A DNA stretch of 49,659 nucleotides from Longimicrobiales bacterium (GTDB taxonomy: Bacteria; Gemmatimonadota; Gemmatimonadetes; Longimicrobiales; RSA9). The stretch is from NCBI GenBank assembly GCA_038257485.1, contig JBBSJG010000003.1, forward strand, positions 1 to 49,659, read 5' to 3'. Below the pieces are notes generated by a model. That model did not search any database and had not been told where the DNA came from. It saw only the letters and a list, made by a program, of their open reading frames with translations. How positions within the stretch are numbered: the stretch's first letter is position 1; each line of letters starts with the position of its first letter. Below, one piece after another: positions 25,666 through 34,559 of this stretch. A program made the position numbers and the translations under genes.

Positions 25666-26694
25666 TCAGATGAAGTGGAGACGCTCCGGCAGAAGGTCGA
25701 ACGTCACATCGTCGCCCCCGCGGAGCGGTGCGCGACGCGCAGCGGCCGGCTCCTCGCACGTGATGCGCGTGCCGTCGGCCGTCTCAAGCACGTAGCGGAC
25801 GTCCCTGCCGAGGAACGTCGCCTGCACGACCCGCGCGCGGTGACGTCCGTCCGCGTTATGCAATGCGACGCCGTCGCTCCGGACCACAGCGCGCGGGCCG
25901 CGCGGTGCAATGTCGTAGTGCACGCCCAGTAGCGCGACGCCCTCACCGTCCGGCCGTGCATCGAGAACCGTAGCCTTGCCGAGGAAGCGCGCGACGAACT
26001 CCGTTGCAGGCCGAAGATACACGTCCGCCGGTGTGCCCTCCTGCTCGACGCGGCCCGCGTTCATCACGATGACCCGGTCCGACACCGCGAGCGCTTCCTC
26101 CTGATCGTGCGTGACGTAGATGGCTGTGATCCCGAGACGCTGCTGGAGCATGCGGATCTCGCCGCGCATGTTGACTCGCAGTTCGGCGTCGAGGTTGGAG
26201 AGCGGCTCGTCGAGCAGGATGATTTCGGGCTCGAGCACGAGACAGCGCGCGAGTGCGACGCGTTGCTGTTGCCCTCCCGACAGCTGGGCCGGGTGCCGGT
26301 CACGCTGCGCCTCGAGGCCGAGCAGCTCGAGTGCCTGCGTCGCCCGCGTTCGCGCATCAGCGCGTGCGGCGCCACGCACACGCAGCCCGTACGCCACGTT
26401 GTCCAGCACGCTCATGTGCGGGAACAGCGCGTACGACTGGAACACCATTGGAAATTCACGACGGTATGGCGGCACACCCGCGAGTGAACCACCGTCATGC
26501 ACGATGTCGCCGGACGTGGGATGCTCGAAGCCCGCGATGAGCCGCAGGAGTGTCGTCTTGCCGCAGCCGGACGGACCCACCAGCGTGCAGAAGCTGCCCT
26601 TCTCCACCACCAGTGACAGGTCGTCGACCGCGCGGTGCGTACGACCGGCCTTCGCGACGAAATCCTTCGTGACATTTCGAAGTTCAAGACTCAT
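25666..26694 (-). CDS. ABC transporter ATP-binding subunit (AfuC/FbpC/PotA-like)
   Basis: GPSGCGKTT, LSGGQQQR, LLDEP, YVTHDQEEA, C-terminal TOBE domain. Confidence 0.93.
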   Translation of the reverse strand: MSLELRNVTKDFVAKAGRTHRAVDDLSLVVEKGSFCTLVGPSGCGKTTLLRLIAGFEHPTSGDIVHDGGSLAGVPPYRREFPMVFQSYALFPHMSVLDNVAYGLRVRGAARADARTRATQALELLGLEAQRDRHPAQLSGGQQQRVALARCLVLEPEIILLDEPLSNLDAELRVNMRGEIRMLQQRLGITAIYVTHDQEEALAVSDRVIVMNAGRVEQEGTPADVYLRPATEFVARFLGKATVLDARPDGEGVALLGVHYDIAPRGPRAVVRSDGVALHNADGRHRARVVQATFLGRDVRYVLETADGTRITCEEPAAARRAPLRGGDDVTFDLLPERLHFI

Positions 26695-28340
26695 GCGCGC
26701 ACACGCATCCGCGTGACCGCCGCCTGCATGCCGCCCAACACGAGCGCGAGGATGGCGACGAGGATGGTGCACAGCGCAGCCGCGCGCGCCAGGTCGGCGT
26801 TCTCGACAAAGCCGAGAATGGAAATGGTGACCAGGTTCCACTGACCCGAAACCACGAACACCACGGCCGAGATCGCGGTGATGCTGCGCACGAATGCGTG
26901 CGCGAGGCCCGTGAACAGCGCTGGCGACGCGATTGGAAGCACGACCCTGCGCCACGTGACGCCGGGTGACGCGCCCAGGCTCGCGGAGCTCTCTTCGATG
27001 GATGGATCCACCTGCTGGATCGCAGAGCGGCCCGCTTCCAACGCCACGGGAATGCCCCGGAACACGAAGAGGACAATGATGATGACCGCAGTCCCCGTGA
27101 GATGGAGCGGCGGCGCGTTGAACGCAAGGATGTAGCCGATGCCAACGATCGTGCCGGGCAGCGCGAACGTGAGCAGGGCAAGCATCGCGAGGAGCGAACG
27201 TCCGCGGAACGCGCGTCGCACCAGCAACCACGCGATCGCCATGCCGATCGCCGCGGCCATCGGTGCCGCGACCGCGGCGAGCAGCAGTGAGTCGGCCAAT
27301 GCACCGCCTGCATGGCGGAGGGCACCCGTGTAATGATCCAGCGTGAGCCCGCCTCTCACACCCCAGACCTGTACAACGGACCCGAACAGAACGATGGCGT
27401 AAAACGCGCACACCGTGGTACACACAATCCCCAGCACGGCCGCCGCTGCGATCCGCAGTCGGGGCGACACATTCGCTCGCCGCAGCATCGGCTTCCCGGT
27501 GATCGTGGCGAACGTCGTACGCGAAGTCACGTGGCGTTGTACGAAGAACGCCGACAGTGCCGGTACCAGCAGCAGCATGGCCAGGACGGCGCCACCCGCG
27601 GTATCGAACTCGCCGGTGATGCGCAGGAACGCCGCGACGGAAAGGACGCGATAGTCGCCGCCGTGGATGAGCGGGTTGCCAAAGTCCGCAAGCGACTCGA
27701 TGAACAGCAGCAGCATCGATGACAGGATGCCGGGTACAGCCAGCGGCAGCACGATGTCGCGGAAGACGCGGCCGGGCGATGCGCCCTGGCTCTGCCCGGC
27801 TTCCTCGAGCGACGGGTCCAGCGAGGACAGCGTGCCGATGAGGAGCAGCATCGACAGCGGAAAGAACGTCAACGTCTGCACCAGCACGAGTCCGCCAAAC
27901 CCATAGATCTCGAAGCTGCCGCTGCCGAATAACGGCTCGATCAGCATGCGCGTCATGATGCCGTTCCTGCCAAGCAGCATGATCGCTGCAAGCGCGATCA
28001 TGAACGGCGGCGCGAGCATCGGCAGCATCGCAATGCCACGCGCAAGGCGTCGACCCGGCACCGCAACCATCGTGATCATATACGCCATTGCAAAGCCCGC
28101 GAGTGTGCCTGTAACCGCAACCGTCGCAGCCAGACGCAGACTGTTCCACAGTGGCACACCCGCGCCGCGGCGCGTGAGCGTTTCGCGATATACATCCAGG
28201 GTCGCCACCCCGTCGCGCAGCAGGCTCGCGCGCAGCACACTTACCACGGGGAACACCACGAACACCAGCAGCAGAATGAACAGCAGCACGATGAGCGCAG
28301 TGACCGCCGGCTCGCGGTGACGATGAACGCGGTTCATCAC
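26691..28340 (-). CDS. ABC transporter permease (AfuB/FbpB-like, duplicated)
   Basis: About 12 TM helices; two EAA loops (EEAGQSQGA, EESSASLGA); DFGNP. Confidence 0.9.
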   Translation of the reverse strand: MMNRVHRHREPAVTALIVLLFILLLVFVVFPVVSVLRASLLRDGVATLDVYRETLTRRGAGVPLWNSLRLAATVAVTGTLAGFAMAYMITMVAVPGRRLARGIAMLPMLAPPFMIALAAIMLLGRNGIMTRMLIEPLFGSGSFEIYGFGGLVLVQTLTFFPLSMLLLIGTLSSLDPSLEEAGQSQGASPGRVFRDIVLPLAVPGILSSMLLLFIESLADFGNPLIHGGDYRVLSVAAFLRITGEFDTAGGAVLAMLLLVPALSAFFVQRHVTSRTTFATITGKPMLRRANVSPRLRIAAAAVLGIVCTTVCAFYAIVLFGSVVQVWGVRGGLTLDHYTGALRHAGGALADSLLLAAVAAPMAAAIGMAIAWLLVRRAFRGRSLLAMLALLTFALPGTIVGIGYILAFNAPPLHLTGTAVIIIVLFVFRGIPVALEAGRSAIQQVDPSIEESSASLGASPGVTWRRVVLPIASPALFTGLAHAFVRSITAISAVVFVVSGQWNLVTISILGFVENADLARAAALCTILVAILALVLGGMQAAVTRMRVRA

Positions 28341-28343
28341 AGC

Positions 28344-29351
28344 CTATCGGCCTGTGACTTCGCGCCAGCGCGCCAGGATCGCAGCCTGGCGTGCAGCGGC
28401 ATCCGTTGCATCGTACGCGACGACCTTCACGTCACGCGCTGCGATCGCCGCGTCCGAAACTTTTGCTGCAGGATTGAGCGGTACCCGATAGAACTCCGAC
28501 ATCAGGTCCTGCGCACGCTTCGTGAGCAGCCACGCGACAAAGCGCCGCCCGTGCTCCGTCTGCGGACCGCCGCGCACCACCGCCGCCGCGCCGATTTCGG
28601 ATGCAGTCCCTTCCCGCGGCACGCTCAGTACCACCGGGTAGCCGCGCTCCACACCCTTCTTCAGGATATCATGCGCGAATGCAATGCCCACGCCGACCTC
28701 GCCCAGACCCACCTGTGTCACCGCCGCCGTGCCCGAGCTATTGTAGCGATGAACCTGCGCATCCAGTTGCCGCACATACTCCCAACCCGCGTCCTCGCCC
28801 ATCAACGCGAGAATGCCGACCAGCAGCACGTATGCCGTACCCGACGTGTATGGATACGCCACACTGATATGCCCCTTGAGCCGCGGATCCAGCAGCCCCC
28901 GCCACGAGTCGGGACACTGCATCTGATGCTCGGTGAGGAATTTTTCGTTGCACGCAAACGCGATGACGCCGCTGTAGAATCCCGTCCACTCACCGTTCGC
29001 ACCGCGTGACGAGGCATCCAGCGTGAACTCGGCCTCGGGCGAGAACGGTTCGAGCAGTCCTCTCTGCGCTGCCACGATGTACTCCGGCGACGGCCCTCCG
29101 AACCATACCGACACCTGCGGATTCCCCTTCTCCGCCTCCAGCCTCGCCAGTGCCTCGCCTGCGGACAGTCGCACCCATTCCACCTCGATGCCGGTGTCGA
29201 CCGTGAACGCATCGATGTACACGGGCGCCTCCTGCGCGTCCAGACTCGTGTAGAGGTGAAGCGTGTCATGATTGGCGCTCCCGCAGGACGCGGTGGCACA
29301 CGCGAGCAGGAGGGTCAACAGTGAGGATCGTGCGGGCGCCATCGCGTTCAT
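28344..29351 (-). CDS. ABC substrate-binding lipoprotein, AfuA-like (possible sugar-phosphate binder)
   Basis: Lipobox-like TASC; RL.AEK.NP...VWFGG, P.TSGTAY, GIAFAHD, EGT..EIG. Start is 29351 or 29342. Confidence 0.8.
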   Translation of the reverse strand: MNAMAPARSSLLTLLLACATASCGSANHDTLHLYTSLDAQEAPVYIDAFTVDTGIEVEWVRLSAGEALARLEAEKGNPQVSVWFGGPSPEYIVAAQRGLLEPFSPEAEFTLDASSRGANGEWTGFYSGVIAFACNEKFLTEHQMQCPDSWRGLLDPRLKGHISVAYPYTSGTAYVLLVGILALMGEDAGWEYVRQLDAQVHRYNSSGTAAVTQVGLGEVGVGIAFAHDILKKGVERGYPVVLSVPREGTASEIGAAAVVRGGPQTEHGRRFVAWLLTKRAQDLMSEFYRVPLNPAAKVSDAAIAARDVKVVAYDATDAAARQAAILARWREVTGR

Positions 29352-29518
29352 CAGTTCATGGATTGTGGAGGCCTGTCGGATTCCGGAAGGTGTGTGCGGT
29401 AACGACTGCGGACAAGGCTGTCCCGGCGCGATCGGGTTACAAGGACGACAACGCGACATCGCCAGAGGCCCCGGTCTGGAGCAGACCGGGACCTCCGCGA
29501 ATGGCAGGCGGTCGGGAG

Positions 29519-30010
29519 TCAATCGTCGACGTTGTACCCTGGCGTTTGGGTGAGCGTGGTATCGGAGTATACGCGGGCCGCATTGTGGCCGTATACCAAG
29601 TCTCCGCCTGCTTCCCCGACTTGTACGGCGGCGAGGGCGACTCCGAGCGAACCCACAACGGTGAGTCCGCGCGCCGCCCTGCCGAGGTCACCTCGGAGCA
29701 GGCCGACGCCTGCGATGAGCAGCAACACACCGCTCAAAACAAGAAAGCGTTCGGCGGCTTCTTCGTGAGCGTGAAGCACAGCCTCGGAGACGACGGATTC
29801 AACGCGCTCCTCGTCTGCCTCGCCCGTCTTGAGGGCGAGGAACGCACTCCCTGCCAACCCTGCTGCCACGAGGAGCGGAACCATCCATATGCGGTGCGGC
29901 CTTTCTGCTCGTCGCGTAAGCCAGAATGCTGCAGCCGCAAACAATGGCAGCAGGACCGCAAGTACCAGCGGGAAATGGACAACGGCGGGGTGAAGCGGAT
30001 TGGGTAGCAT
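29519..30010 (-). CDS. DUF2231-like membrane protein
   Basis: LHPAVVHFP, H in AHEEAA, G..GGDLVY; four TM helices; GGAGGA RBS before ATG 30010. Confidence 0.75.
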   Translation of the reverse strand: MLPNPLHPAVVHFPLVLAVLLPLFAAAAFWLTRRAERPHRIWMVPLLVAAGLAGSAFLALKTGEADEERVESVVSEAVLHAHEEAAERFLVLSGVLLLIAGVGLLRGDLGRAARGLTVVGSLGVALAAVQVGEAGGDLVYGHNAARVYSDTTLTQTPGYNVDD

Positions 30011-30131
30011 CGGTGTATCCTCCATTGAAGTTCACCCTCATTCTGGAGGCCGCCGTGCTGCGCGTGAATCGGACATCCGACGCGTATGAAGGGGTCAGGC
30101 GCAATATCGGTCAAATGACGGAGGCGGGAGA

Positions 30132-30689
30132 ATGATGGATGCGACGGCGGATTCGCGCATGCCCGGCCTTTTGGCCCTGGCACTCGGTTCAATCGTGGTG
30201 GGCGGCACGATCGACCTGCTTCTCGATCAGCCGGCGCGGTGGCTGTCGTTTCACGTGATTTTCGAGACGACGATGATCGTTGGCGCGCTGCTCATGGCGA
30301 CGACCCTCTGGCTGGGCTGGTGGCGGGCCGAGCGATCGCTGGAAGACATGCGTCATCGCATGGAGGCGCGGAAGGCGGAGGGTGACGCATGGCGCCAGAG
30401 TGCCTGGAAGGCGCGTGAGGGGATCGGCCAGGCGATCGACGCTCAGTTCCTCGAGTGGCGTCTCACGCCATCCGAGCGTGAAGTGGCGCGCCTGCTGCTG
30501 AAAGGTTACAGCCACAAGCACGTTGCACAGGAGACCGGCCGCAGTGAGCGGACTGCACGACAGCATGCCGCTGCGGTTTATCAGAAGGCCGGTCTATCCA
30601 GCCGGGCGGACCTCGCAGCCTACTTCATGGAGGACCTTCTCCTGCCGGAGGCGTCCCGGGAGGTGTCCTCCCTGGGCGTAAAAACGTGA
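30132..30689 (+). CDS. Membrane-anchored LuxR-type HTH transcriptional regulator
   Basis: Two TM helices, a coiled coil, then LTPSEREVA.LLLKG.SHK..A.....SERTARQHA..VYQKAG. Confidence 0.85.
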   Translation: MMDATADSRMPGLLALALGSIVVGGTIDLLLDQPARWLSFHVIFETTMIVGALLMATTLWLGWWRAERSLEDMRHRMEARKAEGDAWRQSAWKAREGIGQAIDAQFLEWRLTPSEREVARLLLKGYSHKHVAQETGRSERTARQHAAAVYQKAGLSSRADLAAYFMEDLLLPEASREVSSLGVKT

Positions 30690-31017
30690 CGCCAAAGAAT
30701 ACCGTCGGTGGACTTGCCGCCCTGTCGGTCTCATGTTCGGGCCCCTTCTCCTGTTCCTCGGTTCCCGCAATCTGGACCGCGTTCGATGCGGCCTGTTCCT
30801 CACCAGCCGATCCGCGGACCGACTCGGCGCTCAGTATGACGCTGGCGACAGTGTGCGGGTGTACGTAGACCCGAAAAAACCGTCCCGATCGGTGCTCCTG
30901 CAGGGCGGAACAGGCGTCGGCATTGCCGAGATCGGAGCCGGCCTGCTATTCCTGTCGATGTGGATCGCCGCAGTCGTCCGGGAGCGGCGGGCTCGTCGGG
31001 CGAACGCTACTTTGTAA
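30686..31017 (+). pseudogene. DUF3592-like remnant (frameshifted, internally deleted)
   Basis: Y..GD.V.VY.DP.KP.RSVL plus a terminal TM helix typical of the DUF3592 C-terminus. The N-terminal TM segment is split over two frames and the central beta region is missing. Confidence 0.45.
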
Positions 31018-31149
31018 TCGAGCGCCACTCCCCCGGGACAGGGAGTCACCTGCGCGGACGAGCGCGGCCCTGTTGTTGCTTGTGTTAGAATACGCCCGCT
31101 CTGCGGGAATGCTACTTCACGTAAGAAAACGGGAAATCAGGAGTCCGGC

Positions 31150-32271
31150 ATGCGGCTGGCTGCGTTTATCGCGGAGCAGAACGAAGAGATTCTGCAGGAA
31201 TTCGAGGACTTCGCTCGGACGCACACCGAGTCAGGCCGGGACATGGACATTGCCGCGTTGAGGGATCACGCATCGGCGATCCTGCACGCGATTGCGCTCG
31301 ACATGGCGAAGCCCCAGACCGAAGCCGCGCAGAAGGAGAAATCGAAGGGTGATGCCCCGTCGGCGGAAGGGGCCGCGCTCACAGCCGCGGAGCAGCATGG
31401 CGCCGGCCGCGCCGGGAGCGGGTTCAGCCTCGAAGAAATGTTCGCGGAGTATCGCGCACTGCGTGCCAGTGTGCTGCGGTTGTGGATCCAGAGGTGCGAG
31501 GCACTCGACTTGGACGATCTCGCTGACCTGATGCGTTTCAATGAAGCCATCGATCAGGCGCTCGCCGAATCTATCACAAAATTTGCGGCGGGCATCGGCG
31601 AATCGAAGGAGATGTTCATCGCCATCCTTGGACACGACCTGCGCACGCCGCTCGGTGCTGTCATGACCGCGTCAGGATTCCTGGTGAGCGAGGGCGGCCT
31701 GACCGGCGCCAATGCGACCATGGCCTCACGCATTCAGACCAGTGCAGCCAGCATGAATAACCTCATCGCCGATCTCCTCGATTTCACACGTTCCCGCCTT
31801 GGCCAGGGAATTCCGATCGACCTCGAGGACACCGACCTCGACGCGATCATCCGAGAGACGATCGGCGAGATCAACGCATATCACCCCGACGCCGAATTCG
31901 AGATCGAAGTACTCGGTGACGTGGCGGGCGAGTTCGATCCGTTCCGGATCAGCCAGGCGCTGTCGAACCTGATCGGCAATGCCCGGCAGCACGGACAGGC
32001 GGGTACGCCTATCACGGTGACAGCAAAAGGCAAGGCAGACGTGATCGTGATCTCGGTGCACAACCGCGGCAAAGCGATCGCTCCGGAAGACCTGCGAGTG
32101 ATTTTCGATCCGTACAAGCGCAACAACGCTCCCAAGGAAGGCCAGGACCGTGGCAGCATGGGGCTGGGACTCTACATTGCGCACCAGATTGTCATCGCAC
32201 ACGGCGGTTCGCTGAATGTGCGGTCGTCCGTCGAAGAAGGAACGACCTTCGAGATGCATCTTCCCAGGTAG
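31150..32271 (+). CDS. Cytoplasmic sensor histidine kinase with RsbRD_N-like N-terminal domain
   Basis: MRL..FI....E.IL.EF..FA, HG..R...GF......EYR.LR; H-box GHDLRTPL, N-box NLIGNA, G-box GLGL. Confidence 0.9.
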   Translation: MRLAAFIAEQNEEILQEFEDFARTHTESGRDMDIAALRDHASAILHAIALDMAKPQTEAAQKEKSKGDAPSAEGAALTAAEQHGAGRAGSGFSLEEMFAEYRALRASVLRLWIQRCEALDLDDLADLMRFNEAIDQALAESITKFAAGIGESKEMFIAILGHDLRTPLGAVMTASGFLVSEGGLTGANATMASRIQTSAASMNNLIADLLDFTRSRLGQGIPIDLEDTDLDAIIRETIGEINAYHPDAEFEIEVLGDVAGEFDPFRISQALSNLIGNARQHGQAGTPITVTAKGKADVIVISVHNRGKAIAPEDLRVIFDPYKRNNAPKEGQDRGSMGLGLYIAHQIVIAHGGSLNVRSSVEEGTTFEMHLPR

Positions 32272-32318
32272 TGCTCGGTGGCAGGACCTGGGAGTCACCA
32301 CCTCGCCCCGCAGCTCAG

Positions 32319-32972
32319 TTAGCCCGGCGCCACAGTCCCCGTCGACCTCGGCAGCAACTGGTCGGCCACGTGGCACGCGTCGCGCAGGTCGCGCCCATAC
32401 CCGTGCGCACCCAGGTCCCGCCAAACCTTTGGATCGGCACCGAACGCGCCGCCGCCGACCACGATTCGCACCTCGCGATCGAAGTTCCGGCGGACCTCTT
32501 CGATGAGGTCGCCGGCAACGGCGAGGTTGGACAGAATGGTGGTCGAGATCCCCAGAAGCAGCGGTTCGTATTCCTCGATGGCATTCAGGATGTCGAGGTT
32601 CGGCAGATGCGTCCCGAGAAAGCGCATTCGCCACCCATCCGCTTGCAGCACATCCGCAACCATATTGGCGCCGACCTGGTGCAATTCGCCTTCAACGCCG
32701 GTCACGAGAGCGTTGCCCCGAAACGACGCCGACTCCGGCACCGGCATGCGGTCGTACAACTGCGCGATGACATATTGTGTAATCGCGGTCGCGGTATGCT
32801 CCCTCGCCACCGTGATTTCATTGCTCGCCCACATCCGTCCGATCTCATGCTGTGCGGGCTGGAGCACGTCTATGTACACGTCGGATACGGACATACCAGA
32901 CGCCAGCGCATCCAGTGTCACACGCAGTGCAGCACGTCGATCCCCAGCGAGGACCGCTTGCAGGTATGTCAT
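32319..32972 (-). CDS. Stand-alone cobalamin-binding protein (B12-binding_2 + B12-binding), CarH/AerR-like
   Basis: W-x9-EH (WASNEITVAREH), ExHxxG (ELHQVG), GIS.T, VVGG.AF. Start overlaps the upstream stop (TGATG). Confidence 0.85.
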   Translation of the reverse strand: MTYLQAVLAGDRRAALRVTLDALASGMSVSDVYIDVLQPAQHEIGRMWASNEITVAREHTATAITQYVIAQLYDRMPVPESASFRGNALVTGVEGELHQVGANMVADVLQADGWRMRFLGTHLPNLDILNAIEEYEPLLLGISTTILSNLAVAGDLIEEVRRNFDREVRIVVGGGAFGADPKVWRDLGAHGYGRDLRDACHVADQLLPRSTGTVAPG

Positions 32973-33658
32973 CACGACTCCGACAACCCGAGTTCGAGCA
33001 ATGCCTGCGCCTCGCAGGGCGGGCAGTAGCCGTGACTGAGGAAGAGCGCATTGGACTTGAGGTAGTCGACGACCGTATCCCAGCGCGCGGCTTCCGTCTT
33101 CACCCGATTGCAACCCATACACAGGGGCAGCACTTCCTGGATCTTTTGCAGGTGCCAGTAGGACGACCGCAACTCGTGCAATGTCGCCGCCAGTTCGTTC
33201 TGCGTTTGCTCGAGTTCGCGACGGCGGCGTGAATTCTCGCGCGACAGTGTGGCCAGTTCCTGATTGAGCTCGATCAGCCCCAGCGTCGCTTCAGGATTAA
33301 CTTCGATTTCACCGACAATCCAGAGATCCTTGCTCTTCCGCTCCACCAGACACAGCAGCGTAAACGGTGAACCGCTCGATCCGACGAAACTGACCGGCTC
33401 CATGGTCGCGGGGAGATCGGCGTCGGGGCGACACCAACTGGCCAGGCGATCACGCTCGTGAACGGCAACGAAGTCCATCAGAGACCGACCGCGCAACTCG
33501 TTCATGCCGACACCCGAGTGCCGGGAAAAGGCCGGGTTTGCCTCGAGGATGTGGCAATCGACATCGACTTCCAGGCTTGCCACGACTGATGTGGCCGCGA
33601 TCATCCGATCCAGGAGACTCAAACCAGCTCGCTCGTTTGTTGGGTTTACTTTCCCCAT
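32972..33658 (-). CDS. PAS-like domain + coiled coil + C-terminal Cys-rich (CxxC...SHGxCxxC) domain protein
   Basis: ILEANPAF....G....EL.G..L.DF PAS start; LPLCMGCNRVK...W..V.DYL......SHGYCPPC. Confidence 0.75.
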   Translation of the reverse strand: MGKVNPTNERAGLSLLDRMIAATSVVASLEVDVDCHILEANPAFSRHSGVGMNELRGRSLMDFVAVHERDRLASWCRPDADLPATMEPVSFVGSSGSPFTLLCLVERKSKDLWIVGEIEVNPEATLGLIELNQELATLSRENSRRRRELEQTQNELAATLHELRSSYWHLQKIQEVLPLCMGCNRVKTEAARWDTVVDYLKSNALFLSHGYCPPCEAQALLELGLSES

Positions 33659-33799
33659 GCAATATTCACGCGAGAACCACGCGCGGAGGTACCGTTCCTG
33701 GGCACCGGGACATCCACGTCGACCAAACTGGGCTCGAACGAATTCGTGTCGTCGGCTGAAGCAGCGCGGATACTGGCATGTCGACCCGCGTTGCGCAAT

Positions 33800-34340
33800 C
33801 TACTTGGCAATTGCCTCGGCAATTACAGCATCCAGATCCTGCTTTCCGCCATCCGAGCTGTACAGCACCTTGCCCTGCCTGTCGAGAATCACGATGTACG
33901 ACGTATGGTACGCAGCGAACACCTTGTACGCCGCGCCTTCCGAATCGAATAGAAACACACCCGGCAATTCATTCTTCGCAACAAATGCCGCCGCTTTCTC
34001 AGGCGTCTGATTCTGCGGCACAACAATCCGGATCACCTCCAGCTTGCCTTTGTTCTCTTTGATGATCCGCGTGATGGTCGGTTCTGTGCTTCCTTGGGTC
34101 CAGCTGAATCGCATGCGGCGAGGAATGCGCTGGCGAGGGAAGCGCCGCCGAGCGCCAATAGCGTACGACGATCGAGATCCATCATTCCACCTCCACAACG
34201 GCAGGAGATTGGTGAGTTTACCGAGCCGCACCGGCTTCCAGATCGCGAGACCACTGAGCACCGCAGCGATACCCAGCAGCGGCAGCGCGAAGTATGCACC
34301 CTTCTGCAGCGCATTGTGCTTTCCCTGATGTTGGTGACTT
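33800..34340 (-). pseudogene. Mosaic of gene remnants: cytochrome b-like fragment, Tat-lipoprotein N-terminus, TlpA/thioredoxin-like C-terminus
   Basis: KHNALQKGAY...LSGLAIWKPV (di-haem cytochrome b fragment); DRRTLLALGG...LAAC (twin-arginine lipoprotein start); LFD.EG...K.F....TS.IVILDRQGKVLY (thioredoxin fold lacking CxxC). Not all lie in one frame. Confidence 0.55.
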
Positions 34341-34559
34341 TTGCGCACCATAGCCGGCGAACGCGGCCTTCGGATGCCGCGTACACGGACGCGGCGCGAC
34401 GCACCGTTCCAGACTACAGCCCACGTAACCCCACGTGGGTCTGATATGTTCGGGTTCCGGATGAATTGTCGGGAGAGTGGACATTCGGTATTGTAGGACG
34501 GGTCGTCGAAGGGTTGGCAACTCCGGACCCTCCACGAACTCATCATCCGCGAGATCATT

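Noticed and set aside
25666-28149. 827-aa ORF suggesting a large N-terminal extension on the ABC ATPase
   Set aside because: The extension is an alternate frame of the permease; the real start is MSLELRN at 26694, overlapping the permease stop.
21013-33658. Functional link between ether-lipid genes and the B12 photoreceptor by analogy to Myxococcus CarF/CarH light sensing
   Set aside because: No CarF/TMEM189 or carotenoid genes in the window and several unrelated genes intervene; proximity alone is insufficient.
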